DNA from: Candidatus Multivoradales bacterium
GTDB taxonomy: Bacteria > Acidobacteriota > Thermoanaerobaculia > Multivoradales > JAHEKO01
Assembly (NCBI GenBank): GCA_965223155.1
Contig: CBDCVR010000015.1
Coordinates: forward strand, 992,001-1,056,000
DNA: 64,000 bases
Reading direction: 5' to 3'
The notes beneath the pieces were generated by a model. That model made no database searches and was not told where the DNA came from. It worked only from the letters and a program-made list of their open reading frames with translations. Below, one piece after another: positions 1-10,400 of this stretch; within the stretch, counting starts at the first letter, position 1, and every line of letters starts with the position of its first letter. The position numbers and the translations under genes are program-made.

Positions 1-907
1 AGGACAGGGTCACGCCGGCGCCACCGTGGCCGTAGTTGTGGATCACGGTCGCTCCCGAGCCCACGACCTCGCGCTCGATCCGGACGCGGGCTCGCACCGG
101 CCGGAGCCCCACGGCCCAGCCGGTCTCGCCGGCGCCGGCAAGACCGGGTTCGAGCTCGCGGCAACGCTGCCGGATCCCTGCCTGGATCTCGGGGTCGGGA
201 TCCAGACTCTCGACGCCTTCCTGGTAGCAGCCACCGAGAACGCAGTCATCGATCCGTGGAATCACGTAGGTCAACCCGCCTGGAGCGTGTTCGTCCACCA
301 GGATGTGCTCGAGTCCCGGGTTCGCGGTGCGCACGATCTCACCGCGCACCGCCACCAGTTCCTCGTCACCCGTCAATCGCCTCGCGCCCAGACCCGTGCA
401 GTTGACGATCAGGTCGAACTCCCGGCCGGCAGCTTCCAGGTCGTGAATCGTCATCGGCACGATCCGCCCCCCGGCCGTTTCGACGCGGTCCAAGAGATGG
501 GGCAGAAACCTGCCGGTGTCGATGACCGGCGCCTCGAACGAGAAGCTGTCCCGGTACCCCTGGGCGATCCGGTCCGGCGGCGGCTCGCCGTGCCGGAACC
601 CGGTAACGATCTCACTCCACCAGGGATCCGGCTCGGGCTCGCGGAAAAGCTGCCACACGGGCCGCATCACCACCCCGCCGACGGCTTCGTCGGCCATCGT
701 CCGGAACACCGAAAAACTCTCGGTGCACCATTCGGCAACCGGATCGTCCTGAGAGGCCCGATAGGGATGCCAGAAGGCGGCGGCGACATTCGAGGTGGTC
801 TCGGGTGGCAGCTCGCGCGCCCGAATCTCGACCTCATGCCCGGCCTCGAGGAGCCGCACCGCCGAGGTGAGTCCCGAGACACCGCAGCCGGCCACCACGA
901 CACGCAT
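1..907 (-). CDS. D-amino-acid oxidase family FAD-dependent oxidoreductase (3' end beyond window)
   Basis: Not in the ORF track. Manual translation from ATG 907 gives MRVVVAGCGVSGLTSA (GxGxxG) and TTSNVAAAFW; the left edge reads VIHNYGHGGAGVTLS, the DAAO C-terminal signature. Confidence 0.88.
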   Translation of the reverse strand, partial: MRVVVAGCGVSGLTSAVRLLEAGHEVEIRARELPPETTSNVAAAFWHPYRASQDDPVAEWCTESFSVFRTMADEAVGGVVMRPVWQLFREPEPDPWWSEIVTGFRHGEPPPDRIAQGYRDSFSFEAPVIDTGRFLPHLLDRVETAGGRIVPMTIHDLEAAGREFDLIVNCTGLGARRLTGDEELVAVRGEIVRTANPGLEHILVDEHAPGGLTYVIPRIDDCVLGGCYQEGVESLDPDPEIQAGIRQRCRELEPGLAGAGETGWAVGLRPVRARVRIEREVVGSGATVIHNYGHGGAGVTLS

Positions 908-1034
908 GACGATACGCTATCAAGGCCGCTACGCTTCAGGACCGGGACGACGGCGACCGAGGCCGCGGATTCTTCGGTCGGGAGGACCGCCGTGTCCATC
1001 CGATGCTCCTCCGGCCCGGGTGACCCGTCCCCCC

Positions 1035-1068
1035 AAGAAAAGGCCGGCCGCCCGAAGGCGGCCGGCCT
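1035..1068 (-). terminator. Rho-independent terminator
   Basis: Minus strand AGGCCGGCCGCC-TTCG-GGCGGCCGGCCT-TTTCTT: perfect 12-bp stem, UUCG loop and U-tract, just downstream of the 1107-1688 gene. Confidence 0.85.
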
Positions 1069-1106
1069 GCCCTTGCTCGGTCTTCGAAAACGATGGCTAG
1101 CGACGT

Positions 1107-1688
1107 CTAGTGACCCCACTGCCAGCGAAAGCGTAGCCTTGGCCTCTCGTACCGGTTGTCGTACCAGCCGTTAAGCCGGCTGCGCGTCCGGTTCCGGTAG
1201 TGCGCATCGCGGGACGGACCGAACAGCTCGTCCGCGTAGATCTCGAGGTCGATCATGGCGTCGGTCAGACGCCTGAACTCCCGGTTGATCTTGCCGAAGG
1301 CATGGGCGCCATGCGTCGCGTGCGACGCGTTGGCAAACGCCCGCTGAAGCTCCAGGAAGTCGCCGCGAGTGTGGCGAAAGTCCTGGCGGTACCGCTCTAC
1401 CTGACGATGAAAGTGCCTGGCCCGGCTCTCGAGCTCGCGGAACGCGAGGAGCGCCCGCTCTTCCCGGTGGGTACCGTGGTGGGCGTAGCGCTCGGCCGAG
1501 CGGTGAACGTATCGCGCTCGGTCCTCGACTTCGTGGGCCAGCCTCTGGACCTTGTCGAGCTGGTAGGCGTTAATGCCGTACCTTGGCTCGTAGCGACGTC
1601 CGTAGCGGTCGGAGTCGTCGTCGGCCCGGAGCCCCGCTGCCGATACCAGCAGCGCGGCGAAGACGGTGAGGATTGTTCGTGTCTTCAT
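1107..1688 (-). CDS. Secreted hypothetical protein, Arg/His/Tyr-rich, probably helical
   Basis: Strong RBS AAGGAGGT before ATG 1688; signal peptide MKTRTILTVFAALLVSAAGLRA; own terminator. Confidence 0.75.
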   Translation of the reverse strand: MKTRTILTVFAALLVSAAGLRADDDSDRYGRRYEPRYGINAYQLDKVQRLAHEVEDRARYVHRSAERYAHHGTHREERALLAFRELESRARHFHRQVERYRQDFRHTRGDFLELQRAFANASHATHGAHAFGKINREFRRLTDAMIDLEIYADELFGPSRDAHYRNRTRSRLNGWYDNRYERPRLRFRWQWGH

Positions 1689-1720
1689 ACTGACCTCCTT
1701 TCTCACCGCCAACCAGGAAG

Positions 1721-1736
1721 CTCAAATGCCGTGCCA
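1721..1736 (-). promoter_or_regulatory. Putative sigma54 (-24/-12) promoter
   Basis: Minus strand TGGCAC-GGCAT-TTGAG versus consensus TGGCAC-N5-TTGCW (mismatch at -12); imperfect palindrome at 1794-1821 as a candidate enhancer site. Confidence 0.45.
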
Positions 1737-1994
1737 CCGCGAGAACGCCTTATCCCAATTAACTCTCTTGGTTCAGACCCGGGCGGGAACTGGAAAAGTG
1801 TCCCCTGGGGAGGACGTTTTTGGCTGGGTTCGCCCCAGGCTCCGGACCGGAGTCGCCTGCTCTCGGCGAAAGCGCCAATGCGACCGACCCCAACCCGGCT
1901 TGGGTCTCGCGGGCGAACGAAATGAGCCTTGGCTGTCGCCGGAAGCGCGCCCCGGTCTGGGGCCGGCATCCTCTAGGCGGCGGAAGAGCGACCG

Positions 1995-2678
1995 CTAGGG
2001 CAACGCGCGCCGGAAGGACCGCGCTTCGGGCGGCAAGGCGATCTCGGCGTGCTCCAGCAGCACCGCCCGGGGATCGATCCGCTCGCCGTAGTAGCGCCGG
2101 TTCGACTTGTCGTGCGGAGCCAGCCGCGCGCCTTCGAGCGCGACGCCAGCAAACAGGCCGCGGGACTTGGCGTAGGAATAGATTTCCGCCCGCAACCGGG
2201 CATCGGTCGCGAGCTCGGCCGAGCGGCCCAGGGGGCCGGCCGCCACCGAGATGTCGCCACCCACGGTGAACTTGCTCTTGAGCAGTGATTTGACGCTCGC
2301 CTCGCTCATCAGGAAGAGCACCAGATCGGTCGCCTGGGCACCCACCTGAAAGCCGAAGCTCCCTCCCGAAAGACGCACGAAAACGGGCGCGCTCCAGGCG
2401 CCGCCGGAATTCCGGCAGGCGAGGACTCCGCGTCCGTGCCGGCCGCCCCACCCCAAGGCGCCCTTGATGACACCCGGAATGACGGCCACGCACCGTGCCT
2501 TCTCCAGCAATTCTTCGGGCACTCTCTTGTCCGGCGTTTCCAAGAGCTCTTCGTACACCACCTCGGCGGTCTGCATCTTCTGGGCGAGCCGGGCGCTCGC
2601 TTCGGCCGGGGCTCCGACCGCGATCGCAAGCCCGCAGCCCAGAGCCGTGATTCCCAAGATTCTTCGGCAGTCCAGCAT
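1995..2678 (-). CDS. SYLF/Ysc84 lipid-binding domain protein, exported
   Basis: Signal peptide; motifs GGRHGRG, WSAPVF, GGSFGFQVGAQATDLVL, YSYAKSRGLFAGVALEG. Confidence 0.88.
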   Translation of the reverse strand: MLDCRRILGITALGCGLAIAVGAPAEASARLAQKMQTAEVVYEELLETPDKRVPEELLEKARCVAVIPGVIKGALGWGGRHGRGVLACRNSGGAWSAPVFVRLSGGSFGFQVGAQATDLVLFLMSEASVKSLLKSKFTVGGDISVAAGPLGRSAELATDARLRAEIYSYAKSRGLFAGVALEGARLAPHDKSNRRYYGERIDPRAVLLEHAEIALPPEARSFRRALP

Positions 2679-2987
2679 CTGTCGTCTCCCTGGTCGTTAG
2701 GCGTCGGTCGAGCCAGCGGTGGTTGCAAGCGCCCTCCGGCCCTCTTCCATCAGATGCACGAAGCGTTCCTCGGCCAGATTCGATCGCCTCAAACGGCGAG
2801 CCTAGCGCCTTCTCGAAGCGCCGGCGAGTCTGCGGGCCGTACGAGTTCTGTGCCTGGATCTCGAAGTAGAGCCTGGCGGTTTCCGCACCACCTGGCGGCG
2901 CCACAAGACTACATCACAGAGTCCGAGCTCGAGCTCTGGGTAGTGGTACGTTGTGGTCCGTCGCCGATCTCGTGGGCGACTGCTAGT

Positions 2988-4244
2988 TTGAAAACGTACC
3001 ACTACAATCTCGAGAGTTTCAGGGTCCTCGCCGAAGCACTGGCCATCGGTCTCCTGGTGGGCGTCGAGCGGTACCGGGCGCGCAAGCCCGAGGTCAAACG
3101 GTTCGGCAGCGTCAGGACTTTCGCGGCGATCGCTCTGATCGGCGGCATCTGCGGTCTTCTCGGAAACTCCCTGTTTGCCGCGGCGTCGTTTCTGGTCGTG
3201 GGCGCGCTCGTGACCGCTGGCTACCTGCGAGAGGCCGACCGCTTCGACGTGGGGCTCACCACCGAGGTCGCGGCGCTGGCGGTCTTCTGGCTCGGCTTTC
3301 TCGTAACCTCGCTCGAGGCGCTCGCGCTGGGGATGACGATCGCGCTCGCGATCCTGCTCAACGCCAAGCGCGCGCTTCACGACTTCGTCCGCCACGGCGT
3401 CTCGGAGCGCGAGTTCTTCGACACGCTCAAGTTTCTTGCGATGGTGTTGATCGTCTACCCGCTCCTGCCCGACCGGCAGATCGGCCCGTGGGGGTTCTTC
3501 AATCCCTCGAAGCTGTGGTTCTTCGTGGTTCTGGTCTCGGCGGTGAGCTTCGCCGGCTACGTGCTGGTGCGCTGGCTGGGACCCAAACGCGGTACCCTCT
3601 GGAGCGCGATGGCGGGCGGGCTTGTTTCGACCACGGCGACCACGCTGACGCTCGCCGGTCGTGCCCGCCGGAGTCCCGATGCGTCGGGTTTCCTGGGCAA
3701 GGCCGGCGGCCTGGCCAACGCGGTTCAGTTGCCCAAGATCCTGGTGCTCGCCTGGATCGCGAGCCCGGAGCTGGGCCGTCAACTCCTCGGCCCCCTGGCG
3801 GTAGCCACGGCAACGGCAGCGACCGTGGCCTGGATCGGCGGCCGTGCCGGCAAGCGAACTGGCGAAGCCGAGAGCCTTCTCTACGAGAATCCGTTTTCTC
3901 TCAGGCCCGCTCTCCGATTCGCCGCGATTCTGGCTGGGGTCCTGCTGGCGGTACGGGCCGCGACCGCCTGGTTCGGCGACCACGGACTGCTGCTGGCCTC
4001 GGCGCTGGCCGGAGCCGCCAGCGCCTCTGCCGTGCTCCTGTCGAGCGCCGACCTCCTCGAAGAAGGAGCGCTGCCGGCGGGCCGCGCGGCGGTCCTGGCT
4101 CTCGCCGCACTCTCGACCAATGCCCTGGTCAAGGCGGTGCTCGCGGCGGTTCAGGGGACTCGTCCGTTCGCGCTGCGCTTGGCGGCCGCGGCCGCCTCTG
4201 CCCTTGCCGCCGCCTGGCTGTTCTGGACCCTGACCGGACCATAA
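2988..4244 (+). CDS. MgtC/SapB family DUF4010 membrane protein
   Basis: LAIGLLVGVER, RTF, GLTTE and GGLVSTTATT motifs with many TM segments; start uncertain (TTG 2988 chosen). Confidence 0.8.
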   Translation: MKTYHYNLESFRVLAEALAIGLLVGVERYRARKPEVKRFGSVRTFAAIALIGGICGLLGNSLFAAASFLVVGALVTAGYLREADRFDVGLTTEVAALAVFWLGFLVTSLEALALGMTIALAILLNAKRALHDFVRHGVSEREFFDTLKFLAMVLIVYPLLPDRQIGPWGFFNPSKLWFFVVLVSAVSFAGYVLVRWLGPKRGTLWSAMAGGLVSTTATTLTLAGRARRSPDASGFLGKAGGLANAVQLPKILVLAWIASPELGRQLLGPLAVATATAATVAWIGGRAGKRTGEAESLLYENPFSLRPALRFAAILAGVLLAVRAATAWFGDHGLLLASALAGAASASAVLLSSADLLEEGALPAGRAAVLALAALSTNALVKAVLAAVQGTRPFALRLAAAAASALAAAWLFWTLTGP

Positions 4245-4328
4245 GGCGAAACCCACACCCGGAGGTCTCACGTAACTATCCTTGATCGAACTCCGAACCT
4301 TTGCTTCCAAACCAGAAAGGACCTAAAG

Positions 4329-4850
4329 ATGAACTGGACGGAACTGCTCGAAAGCGAGCTCGACAACGCATACAAGGCCGCCGAGGGGCTGATCTCGATG
4401 GTCGACGACGACAGCCTCGACTGGAAACCGGCAAGCGGTGACAATTGGATGACCACGGGCCAGCTCTTAAACCACATCGCGACCGCCTGTGGCGGCCCGA
4501 CGAAGGGGTTCGTCACCGGCGACTGGGGCATGCCCGCGGGAGCCGACGCAGGCGAGATGGCTCCGGAAGAGATGCTGCCGCCGGCCGAGAGCCTGCCGGG
4601 TGCCGAAAGCGTCGCGGCCACGCTCGAAGCGCTTGCCGCCGACAAGGCGCTCGCCCGGGAGATGATCGCCCAAGCCGAGGGTCGGATGGACGAGCCGGTC
4701 GCGGCACCGTGGGATCCGAGACCGCGACCGCTGGGTCAGCAAGTGCTGGGCATGATCGAGCATCTCAATAACCACAAGGCCCAGCTCTTCTACTATCTGA
4801 AGCTCCAGGGCGCTCCGGTCAACACCTGGCACTTCTACGGCATGGCGTAG
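4329..4850 (+). CDS. DinB family protein
   Basis: LLNHIA and HLNNHKAQLFYYLK His triad; RBS AAAGGA. Confidence 0.85.
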   Translation: MNWTELLESELDNAYKAAEGLISMVDDDSLDWKPASGDNWMTTGQLLNHIATACGGPTKGFVTGDWGMPAGADAGEMAPEEMLPPAESLPGAESVAATLEALAADKALAREMIAQAEGRMDEPVAAPWDPRPRPLGQQVLGMIEHLNNHKAQLFYYLKLQGAPVNTWHFYGMA

Positions 4851-4866
4851 CGCGGCGCGCTCGCTC

Positions 4867-5652
4867 TCAGCCAAGGCCGGCCGCGCTCGCAACCGAGAAG
4901 ACCCGACGGTCTTCGAGCCGGACGGCGGTCAGACGCCCGCCGTAGACGCAGCCCGTATCGAGACCCAGGAAGGTTTCGTCCAGCCTCAGCCCCAGGGCCG
5001 CCCAGTGGCCGGCCACGATCGTTACTCCGACGGCGCTGCGATTGGGCACGTCGAACCAGGGGGTGGTTCCCGGCGGCGCCTGCTCAGGCGGTCCGGCGAA
5101 CGTCGAGCGTCCCCCGGGCGCGGTCACGACCCGCATCGCGGTGAGACCGTAGATCGTCTCCTCCACCCGAGCCGGCTCGCCGCTGGTGAAGTACCGCAGC
5201 CGGGCGGCTGGATCTCGCAGCACCTCTTCGGCCTCGCGGGCTCGCTCCTCGGCCTCCTTCACCTTCCATGCCGGCGGGATCCCGGCATGAACCAGCACCG
5301 CCGCGCCGTCCCAGTGAAGAAGGGGCCGGCCGGCCAGCCAGGCTTCGATCTGATCCCGATCCTTAGCCTCCCGAACCGGCCCCAGCAACGCCTCATGGTG
5401 CTCTCGGCCATGGCCGGCAAGCAGGGCCAGGAGGTGGAGGTCGTGGTTGCCCAGGACGGTCACGAAGCGCTCGCCCAGGTCGCGGCTCGCCGCTTGCGCC
5501 CAGCGCAGCACCGCCAGCGAGTCCGGTCCCCGGTTGACCAGGTCGCCGGTCAGCCACAAGCGGTCGCGGCCGCGCTCGAAGGGCAGCTCGACGAGTAGGC
5601 GCTCGAGCGCCCCGAGGCAGCCGTGAACGTCCCCGACCACGTAGGTCGCCAT
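4867..5652 (-). CDS. apaH: Symmetrical bis(5'-nucleosyl)-tetraphosphatase
   Basis: GDVHGC, GDLVNRGPDS, LGNHDLHLL, GHWAALG and LDTGCVYGG motifs. Confidence 0.9.
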   Translation of the reverse strand: MATYVVGDVHGCLGALERLLVELPFERGRDRLWLTGDLVNRGPDSLAVLRWAQAASRDLGERFVTVLGNHDLHLLALLAGHGREHHEALLGPVREAKDRDQIEAWLAGRPLLHWDGAAVLVHAGIPPAWKVKEAEERAREAEEVLRDPAARLRYFTSGEPARVEETIYGLTAMRVVTAPGGRSTFAGPPEQAPPGTTPWFDVPNRSAVGVTIVAGHWAALGLRLDETFLGLDTGCVYGGRLTAVRLEDRRVFSVASAAGLG

Positions 5653-5683
5653 CTCGGTTCTCTTGCCCGGCGCTCGCTCGAAA

Positions 5684-6451
5684 TCAGCGCGGCGCCATGC
5701 GAATGGCGCCGTCCAGACGGATGGTCTCGCCGTTCAGCATGCGGTTCTGAAAGACGTGAAGCGCCAGATCCGCATACTCTTCCGGGCGCCCCAAGCGCGA
5801 CGGAAACGGCACCTGCTCGCCCAGCGAGATCCTAGCCTTCTCTGGCAGTCCCGCCATCAGCGGCGTGTCGAAAAGGCCCGGCGCGAGGGTCACCACCCGG
5901 ATGCCATGGCGAGCCAGCTCGCGCGCGCACGGCAGCGTCAGCCCCACGACGCCGCCCTTGGAGGCCGAGTAGGCCACCTGGCCGATCTGGCCCTCGAAGG
6001 CCGCCACCGAGGCGGTGTTGATGATCACTCCGCGCTCGCCCTCTTCGTCGGCTTCAGTCTCGGCGATCGCCTCGGCCGCCAGCCGAAGCACGTTGAAGGT
6101 GCCGATCAGGTTGATCCGAATCACCCGCTCGAAGAGCGAGATCGAGTGGGGCCCTTCCTTGCCCAGAACCTTGGCCGGGTCGCCGACGCCGGCGCAACTT
6201 ACCGCCCCGGACAACGGACCGAAGGCCTCGATTGCGGTCTGGATGGCGGCTCGGACCGAATCTTCCTGGCTTACGTCCGTGGGGCTGAAGCGGGCATCCG
6301 GACCGAGCTCCTCGACCAGATCCTCACCCCGCTCCTGGTTGATGTCGGCGACGACCACGTGGGCGCCCTCGGCCACCAGCCGGCGCACGGTGGCCTCGCC
6401 CAGCCCCGAAGCTCCTCCACTAACGAGAAACGTCTTGCCCTGAATTTCCAT
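5684..6451 (-). CDS. 3-hydroxyacyl-CoA dehydrogenase type II (HSD10-like SDR)
   Basis: [22 protein letters not shown] (YxxxK), [14 protein letters not shown]; start MEIQGK at 6451. Confidence 0.88.
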   Translation of the reverse strand: MEIQGKTFLVSGGASGLGEATVRRLVAEGAHVVVADINQERGEDLVEELGPDARFSPTDVSQEDSVRAAIQTAIEAFGPLSGAVSCAGVGDPAKVLGKEGPHSISLFERVIRINLIGTFNVLRLAAEAIAETEADEEGERGVIINTASVAAFEGQIGQVAYSASKGGVVGLTLPCARELARHGIRVVTLAPGLFDTPLMAGLPEKARISLGEQVPFPSRLGRPEEYADLALHVFQNRMLNGETIRLDGAIRMAPR

Positions 6452-6524
6452 GAACGGCCTCCTTATCGAGGCCAGAAAGATACCATTGCCCCCGGAGGAG
6501 GAACCAGGAGATGGAGAGGCTGCG

Positions 6525-6914
6525 ATGAGCGACGAACGCGCCGGCAAGCTCGGCACCGTGGGCTGGATCGACCTGACCGTTCCGGACGCCGAGAGCCTTC
6601 GGGACTTCTACCGAGAGGTCGTGGGCTGGGAGACCCAGGAAGTGGACATGGGCGGTTACGCCGACTTCAGCATGCTCGCGGCCAACGGCGCCGCCAGCGC
6701 CGGAGTCTGCCACGCCCGCGGCGTCAACCAGGGCATCCCGCCGGTGTGGATGATCTACATCAACGTGGACGACTTGCAAGCCAGCCTCGAGGCCTGCCGC
6801 GGCAGCGGCGGCGAAGTGCTGAGCGAGATTCGCTCGATGGGCGGCCACGGCCGCTACGCCTTCGTGCGCGACCCGGCGGGCGCGCCGTTCGCGCTCTTTG
6901 AGCCGCCCCGCTAG
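6525..6914 (+). CDS. VOC/glyoxalase family protein
   Basis: [34 protein letters not shown]. Confidence 0.85.
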   Translation: MSDERAGKLGTVGWIDLTVPDAESLRDFYREVVGWETQEVDMGGYADFSMLAANGAASAGVCHARGVNQGIPPVWMIYINVDDLQASLEACRGSGGEVLSEIRSMGGHGRYAFVRDPAGAPFALFEPPR

Positions 6915-7004
6915 AACCAGGTCCCGGCGGCGTCAACCCCTGGTCGCGACGTTCGAGATTCCACGCGCTCGGCCTCGACGATCGAGCCTGCTAGGCTCCG
7001 CGGC

Positions 7005-7490
7005 GTGGCCCGCCTCGTCAGGATCTTGCTCGTCGCCATCGGCATCTTGGCCGCTCTTTTCATCGGACGTCTTACCGTATTGAGCCTTCGATCCCAGCCG
7101 CCGGAGCGCATCGCCGCCACTGCGGCCGCGACCGCCGCGCCACAAAGCCTCGAGTCCTGCGCCGGCCTCCGCAACTGCGTTTCCAGCCAGGCCCCGGACG
7201 CCGGTCACCGGGTCGAGCCGCTGGCCGTCGCCGGGACTCCCGACCGGGCGCTCCAAGAAGTCGTCGAAGCCCTCGAAAGGCTGCCCCGGGTCGCCGTTGT
7301 CACCGTCCACGACGGCTACGTTCACGCCGAGTTCCGCAGCCGCCTTTTCCGGTTCGTGGACGATCTCGAGCTGCTCTACGACTCCGAGCTTCCCGGCTTC
7401 CAGGTGCGCTCGGCTTCCCGAGTTGGCGTCTCGGACTTGGGCGCCAATCGTGGCCACGTCGAGGCGCTGCGCGCGGCGCTGTCGCGCTAG
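7005..7490 (+). CDS. DUF1499 domain protein
   Basis: NCVSSQ, SRLFRFVDDLE, RSASRVGVSDLGANR. Confidence 0.85.
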   Translation: MARLVRILLVAIGILAALFIGRLTVLSLRSQPPERIAATAAATAAPQSLESCAGLRNCVSSQAPDAGHRVEPLAVAGTPDRALQEVVEALERLPRVAVVTVHDGYVHAEFRSRLFRFVDDLELLYDSELPGFQVRSASRVGVSDLGANRGHVEALRAALSR

Positions 7491-10400
7491 CTGGCCGCCG
7501 TCGGCGTCGGCGTCGACGAGACGGTCGGAACGTAGCGCCGCCGCAGGCGTAGGACGCCGCCTTCACGCGTGCCGTCGAAGACCTCCAGGAACGGCTCCGC
7601 ATAGGGGCTCGTGGCGGCCGGCTCGCCGTTTACGGTTTCGACTTCAAGACGCGGCTCGGGCGCGACCGGACGGGTGAGGAGATGCCCCAAGACACCCAGG
7701 TAGTCCCGAAGGCGGGGGTGATCCGCCTCCGGCTCGATCGAGAGCCGCCGGCCGTTGCGCTCGGACAAGAGCACCCGCTCGGCGCCGTGGAAGACCAGGT
7801 GGGTCGAGGCCAGGCGCTTTGGAGCCAGGTGGCGCAGGCCTTCGAGGCCCAGGCCCGTGGCCGCCGCCGGATCCGCCGCCGAAAGCCAGTAGATCGCGTC
7901 CCGGCGAAGGCCCGCGCGCAACGTCCGCACGGCTTCGTGGGAGGCGAACTGGAGGCCGGCAATGCCCTCGAAGAACTGGCCCGCCACGATCTCGCCCGAG
8001 AGCTCCATGAGACGGAGCGTGCGAAAGAGCCGGCCCCACCGGAGCGGTACGAGCTCCCGCGCCAAGAGCTCTCGAAACAGCACTCCGTAGCGATCCAGGA
8101 GCAAGCGCACGCGGTCCTTGTTGGCTTCCTCCCGGTCCAGAGCGTCGCCCTCGACTCCCGTTGGCGGGTCGAGCGCGTACCACTCGCCCGCATAGATCGC
8201 CTGCGAGCGCCAGCGGTCCGGACGTTGCCGAAGCGTCGGCCGTCTCCGCCTGCTCTTCTGGTTCCGCTGGCTCTGCTGGCTCTGCTGACCCTGAAGCGTC
8301 TGAGGCCGGCGGCCGGCACCGGCCCGGGTTGCCTGCCGAGACCCGGAAGCAGAATCGCCGGGCAATCGAAAGCGCTGGGCGATTCCCTGGCGCAGCGCGG
8401 CAAAGGTGGTGTTCGACACCCGGCCGCTCCAGGCTTCGCGCCAGAGCGCCGCGGCAACCTCGGAGGACGGCTCGTCGCGCCGGGCCACGATCTCCTCGAA
8501 GCGAAAGCGCCCGGCGGCCGAAGGCAGGACCGTGGCCTCGGAAGCTGGACGGACATCCGTCTCCGAACCGGCAGCGCTACCGGCGGCGGCGGCGGCATCG
8601 GCGGCATCGGCGGCATCAACGGCGGCGGCCGCGCCGACTTCATCGACTTCAGCCGGCTCGGCCGGCTCGACCAGAAGACCGACCTCTTCGGGAAAGGCGA
8701 AGGTCACGGTCTCGGCTCCGCAACCGAGCCACACCAGGTCCGAGTCCTGAAACAGGCTATCGAGCCACGATGGATAGAAGGTGTCGAGCCGCGCCGGCAG
8801 GATTTCAGTCTCCCAGAGGCGGGCCGCCGCCGGATACCCCAGGAGCCGACCCAGCGCGGTTTGTAGCTCGCGGGAACTGGCGCCACGGGCGGTCAGTCCC
8901 TGGCGCGTCGCCAGAAAGAGCGGCAGGTCGACAAGCGGCCGGGCCTCCAAGCTCGGCCGCCGCCGGGCGCGGTCGATCCGCAGCAGTCGTTCCAAATTCT
9001 CCGCGTCGGCGATCTCGAGCGTGTCCGTCTCGCGCCGGAACCGGTCGATGACCACGTGACCGTCCTCGACCAGGGTCTCGAGCAGCGCGTCGAGGCGTTC
9101 GGTTTCGAGCCCGAAGCTCGCCCGCAACCGCTCGGCCGGCACCGGACCATAGAAGCGGAGCCATTCGGCCACGATCTCGCCGGCGCCGAGCCCGCCGTCC
9201 GCGGGCGCCGCCGCGACCCTTGCGGCCTCGACCCGTGCGGCCTCCACCCGTGCGGCCTCGTCGCCCGCCAGGGACTCGAGAGCCTCCGGCGGTCCAAAGG
9301 CCGCGACCAGAGCGGGCAAGCGCTCGCGCGCGCACACGACGGGCTCGGACCAACGCGCCCGCACTAGCCGGGTTGCGGCCGGGCCGACCCGATCGTCGCC
9401 TTCCTCCTCGTCCGCTTCAGAGCCGGGGGCGTCGAGGTTCCGGTCGCGCTCGACCGCCGCCGTCAGCGCCAGCCACTCGGACTCGGGCAGCACCCACCGC
9501 TCCTTGACCCACTCCACCAACTCGACATCGTCGCGGGGCGCATAGCCGGGTTGCGTGCGCTGGAGCTTGCTCTCGAACTCGACCAGCAGGGCCTCCGGAA
9601 ACTTCGGTCGCAGCTCGGCCGAGAGCACCAGCTCGCGCAGCCACCCCTTATCGAGCGCGGTGCCCCGGTCCCGCTCGGCCGAGTCGTCCAGATACATGAG
9701 CCGATTGGTCCGCTTCCAGAGGAGATCCCCTGCGAACGGCGACGGCGCCTCGGTCGCCACCTCGACGACGTCGAGGGTTCCCTGCTCGATCTCGGCCAAG
9801 AATCTCTTGAGCGCCTCGAGCTCGAATTCTTCTTCCAGGCAGGTGCGCCAGGTCTCGACGACGATCGGAAAGTCTCCGAACTTGGCCACCGTGCCCAGAA
9901 GCTGCTTGCCGCGCTCCCGCTGGAGCCAGAGCGGGACCCGGCGCTTCAAGTCCGAGCGCGGCAGCAGCAAGGCCCGGCCGGCGTTCTCGCGGAAGCGGGC
10001 ACCGAAGAATCCCGTCGGTTCGAGCGTGGTGCGTAGCATCATCTCGAGGGGCTGCGTCGCCAGGTACTCGAACACCGCCGCTGGTTCGAAGCCATCGGGC
10101 GCCAGCACCAGAAGGCTGTCGTTGTTGGCATCGGCCTCAAGGCTCTGGCCGGACAGAGCGCGGTAGGCAGGAGGCAAGACCAGCGCCAGCGGTCGGTTGA
10201 CCCGGCCGCCCCAGCCGGTGTGAAGCACCCAGGCCCGGCGTCCCTCGTCGGTCTCGCGCTCGGCCAGCTTCTCGGCCACCAATCGATGGCGGTGGGGCAG
10301 GCCGTCGGTGGCCAGGCGCTGCTCCTCCAGAAAGCCGACCAGAGCTTCGGCCGCGGCTGCCTCGAAGGCGTGCTCGCCGACCAGGCGTTGGGCCAGGTTC

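Noticed and set aside
26-1174. Long ORFs antisense to real genes (e.g. 26-1174 +, 10220-12004 +, 40053-41840 +, 59852-62173 -)
   Set aside because: Shadow ORFs typical of high-GC DNA; the opposite strand carries recognisable conserved proteins.
2436-2987. Long N-terminal extensions in the ORF track (MgtC from 2436, rng from 16393, radical SAM from 32136, CYTH from 38722, ybaB from 54926)
   Set aside because: They overlap neighbouring genes and lack family features; downstream starts with RBS or stop-start coupling fit better.
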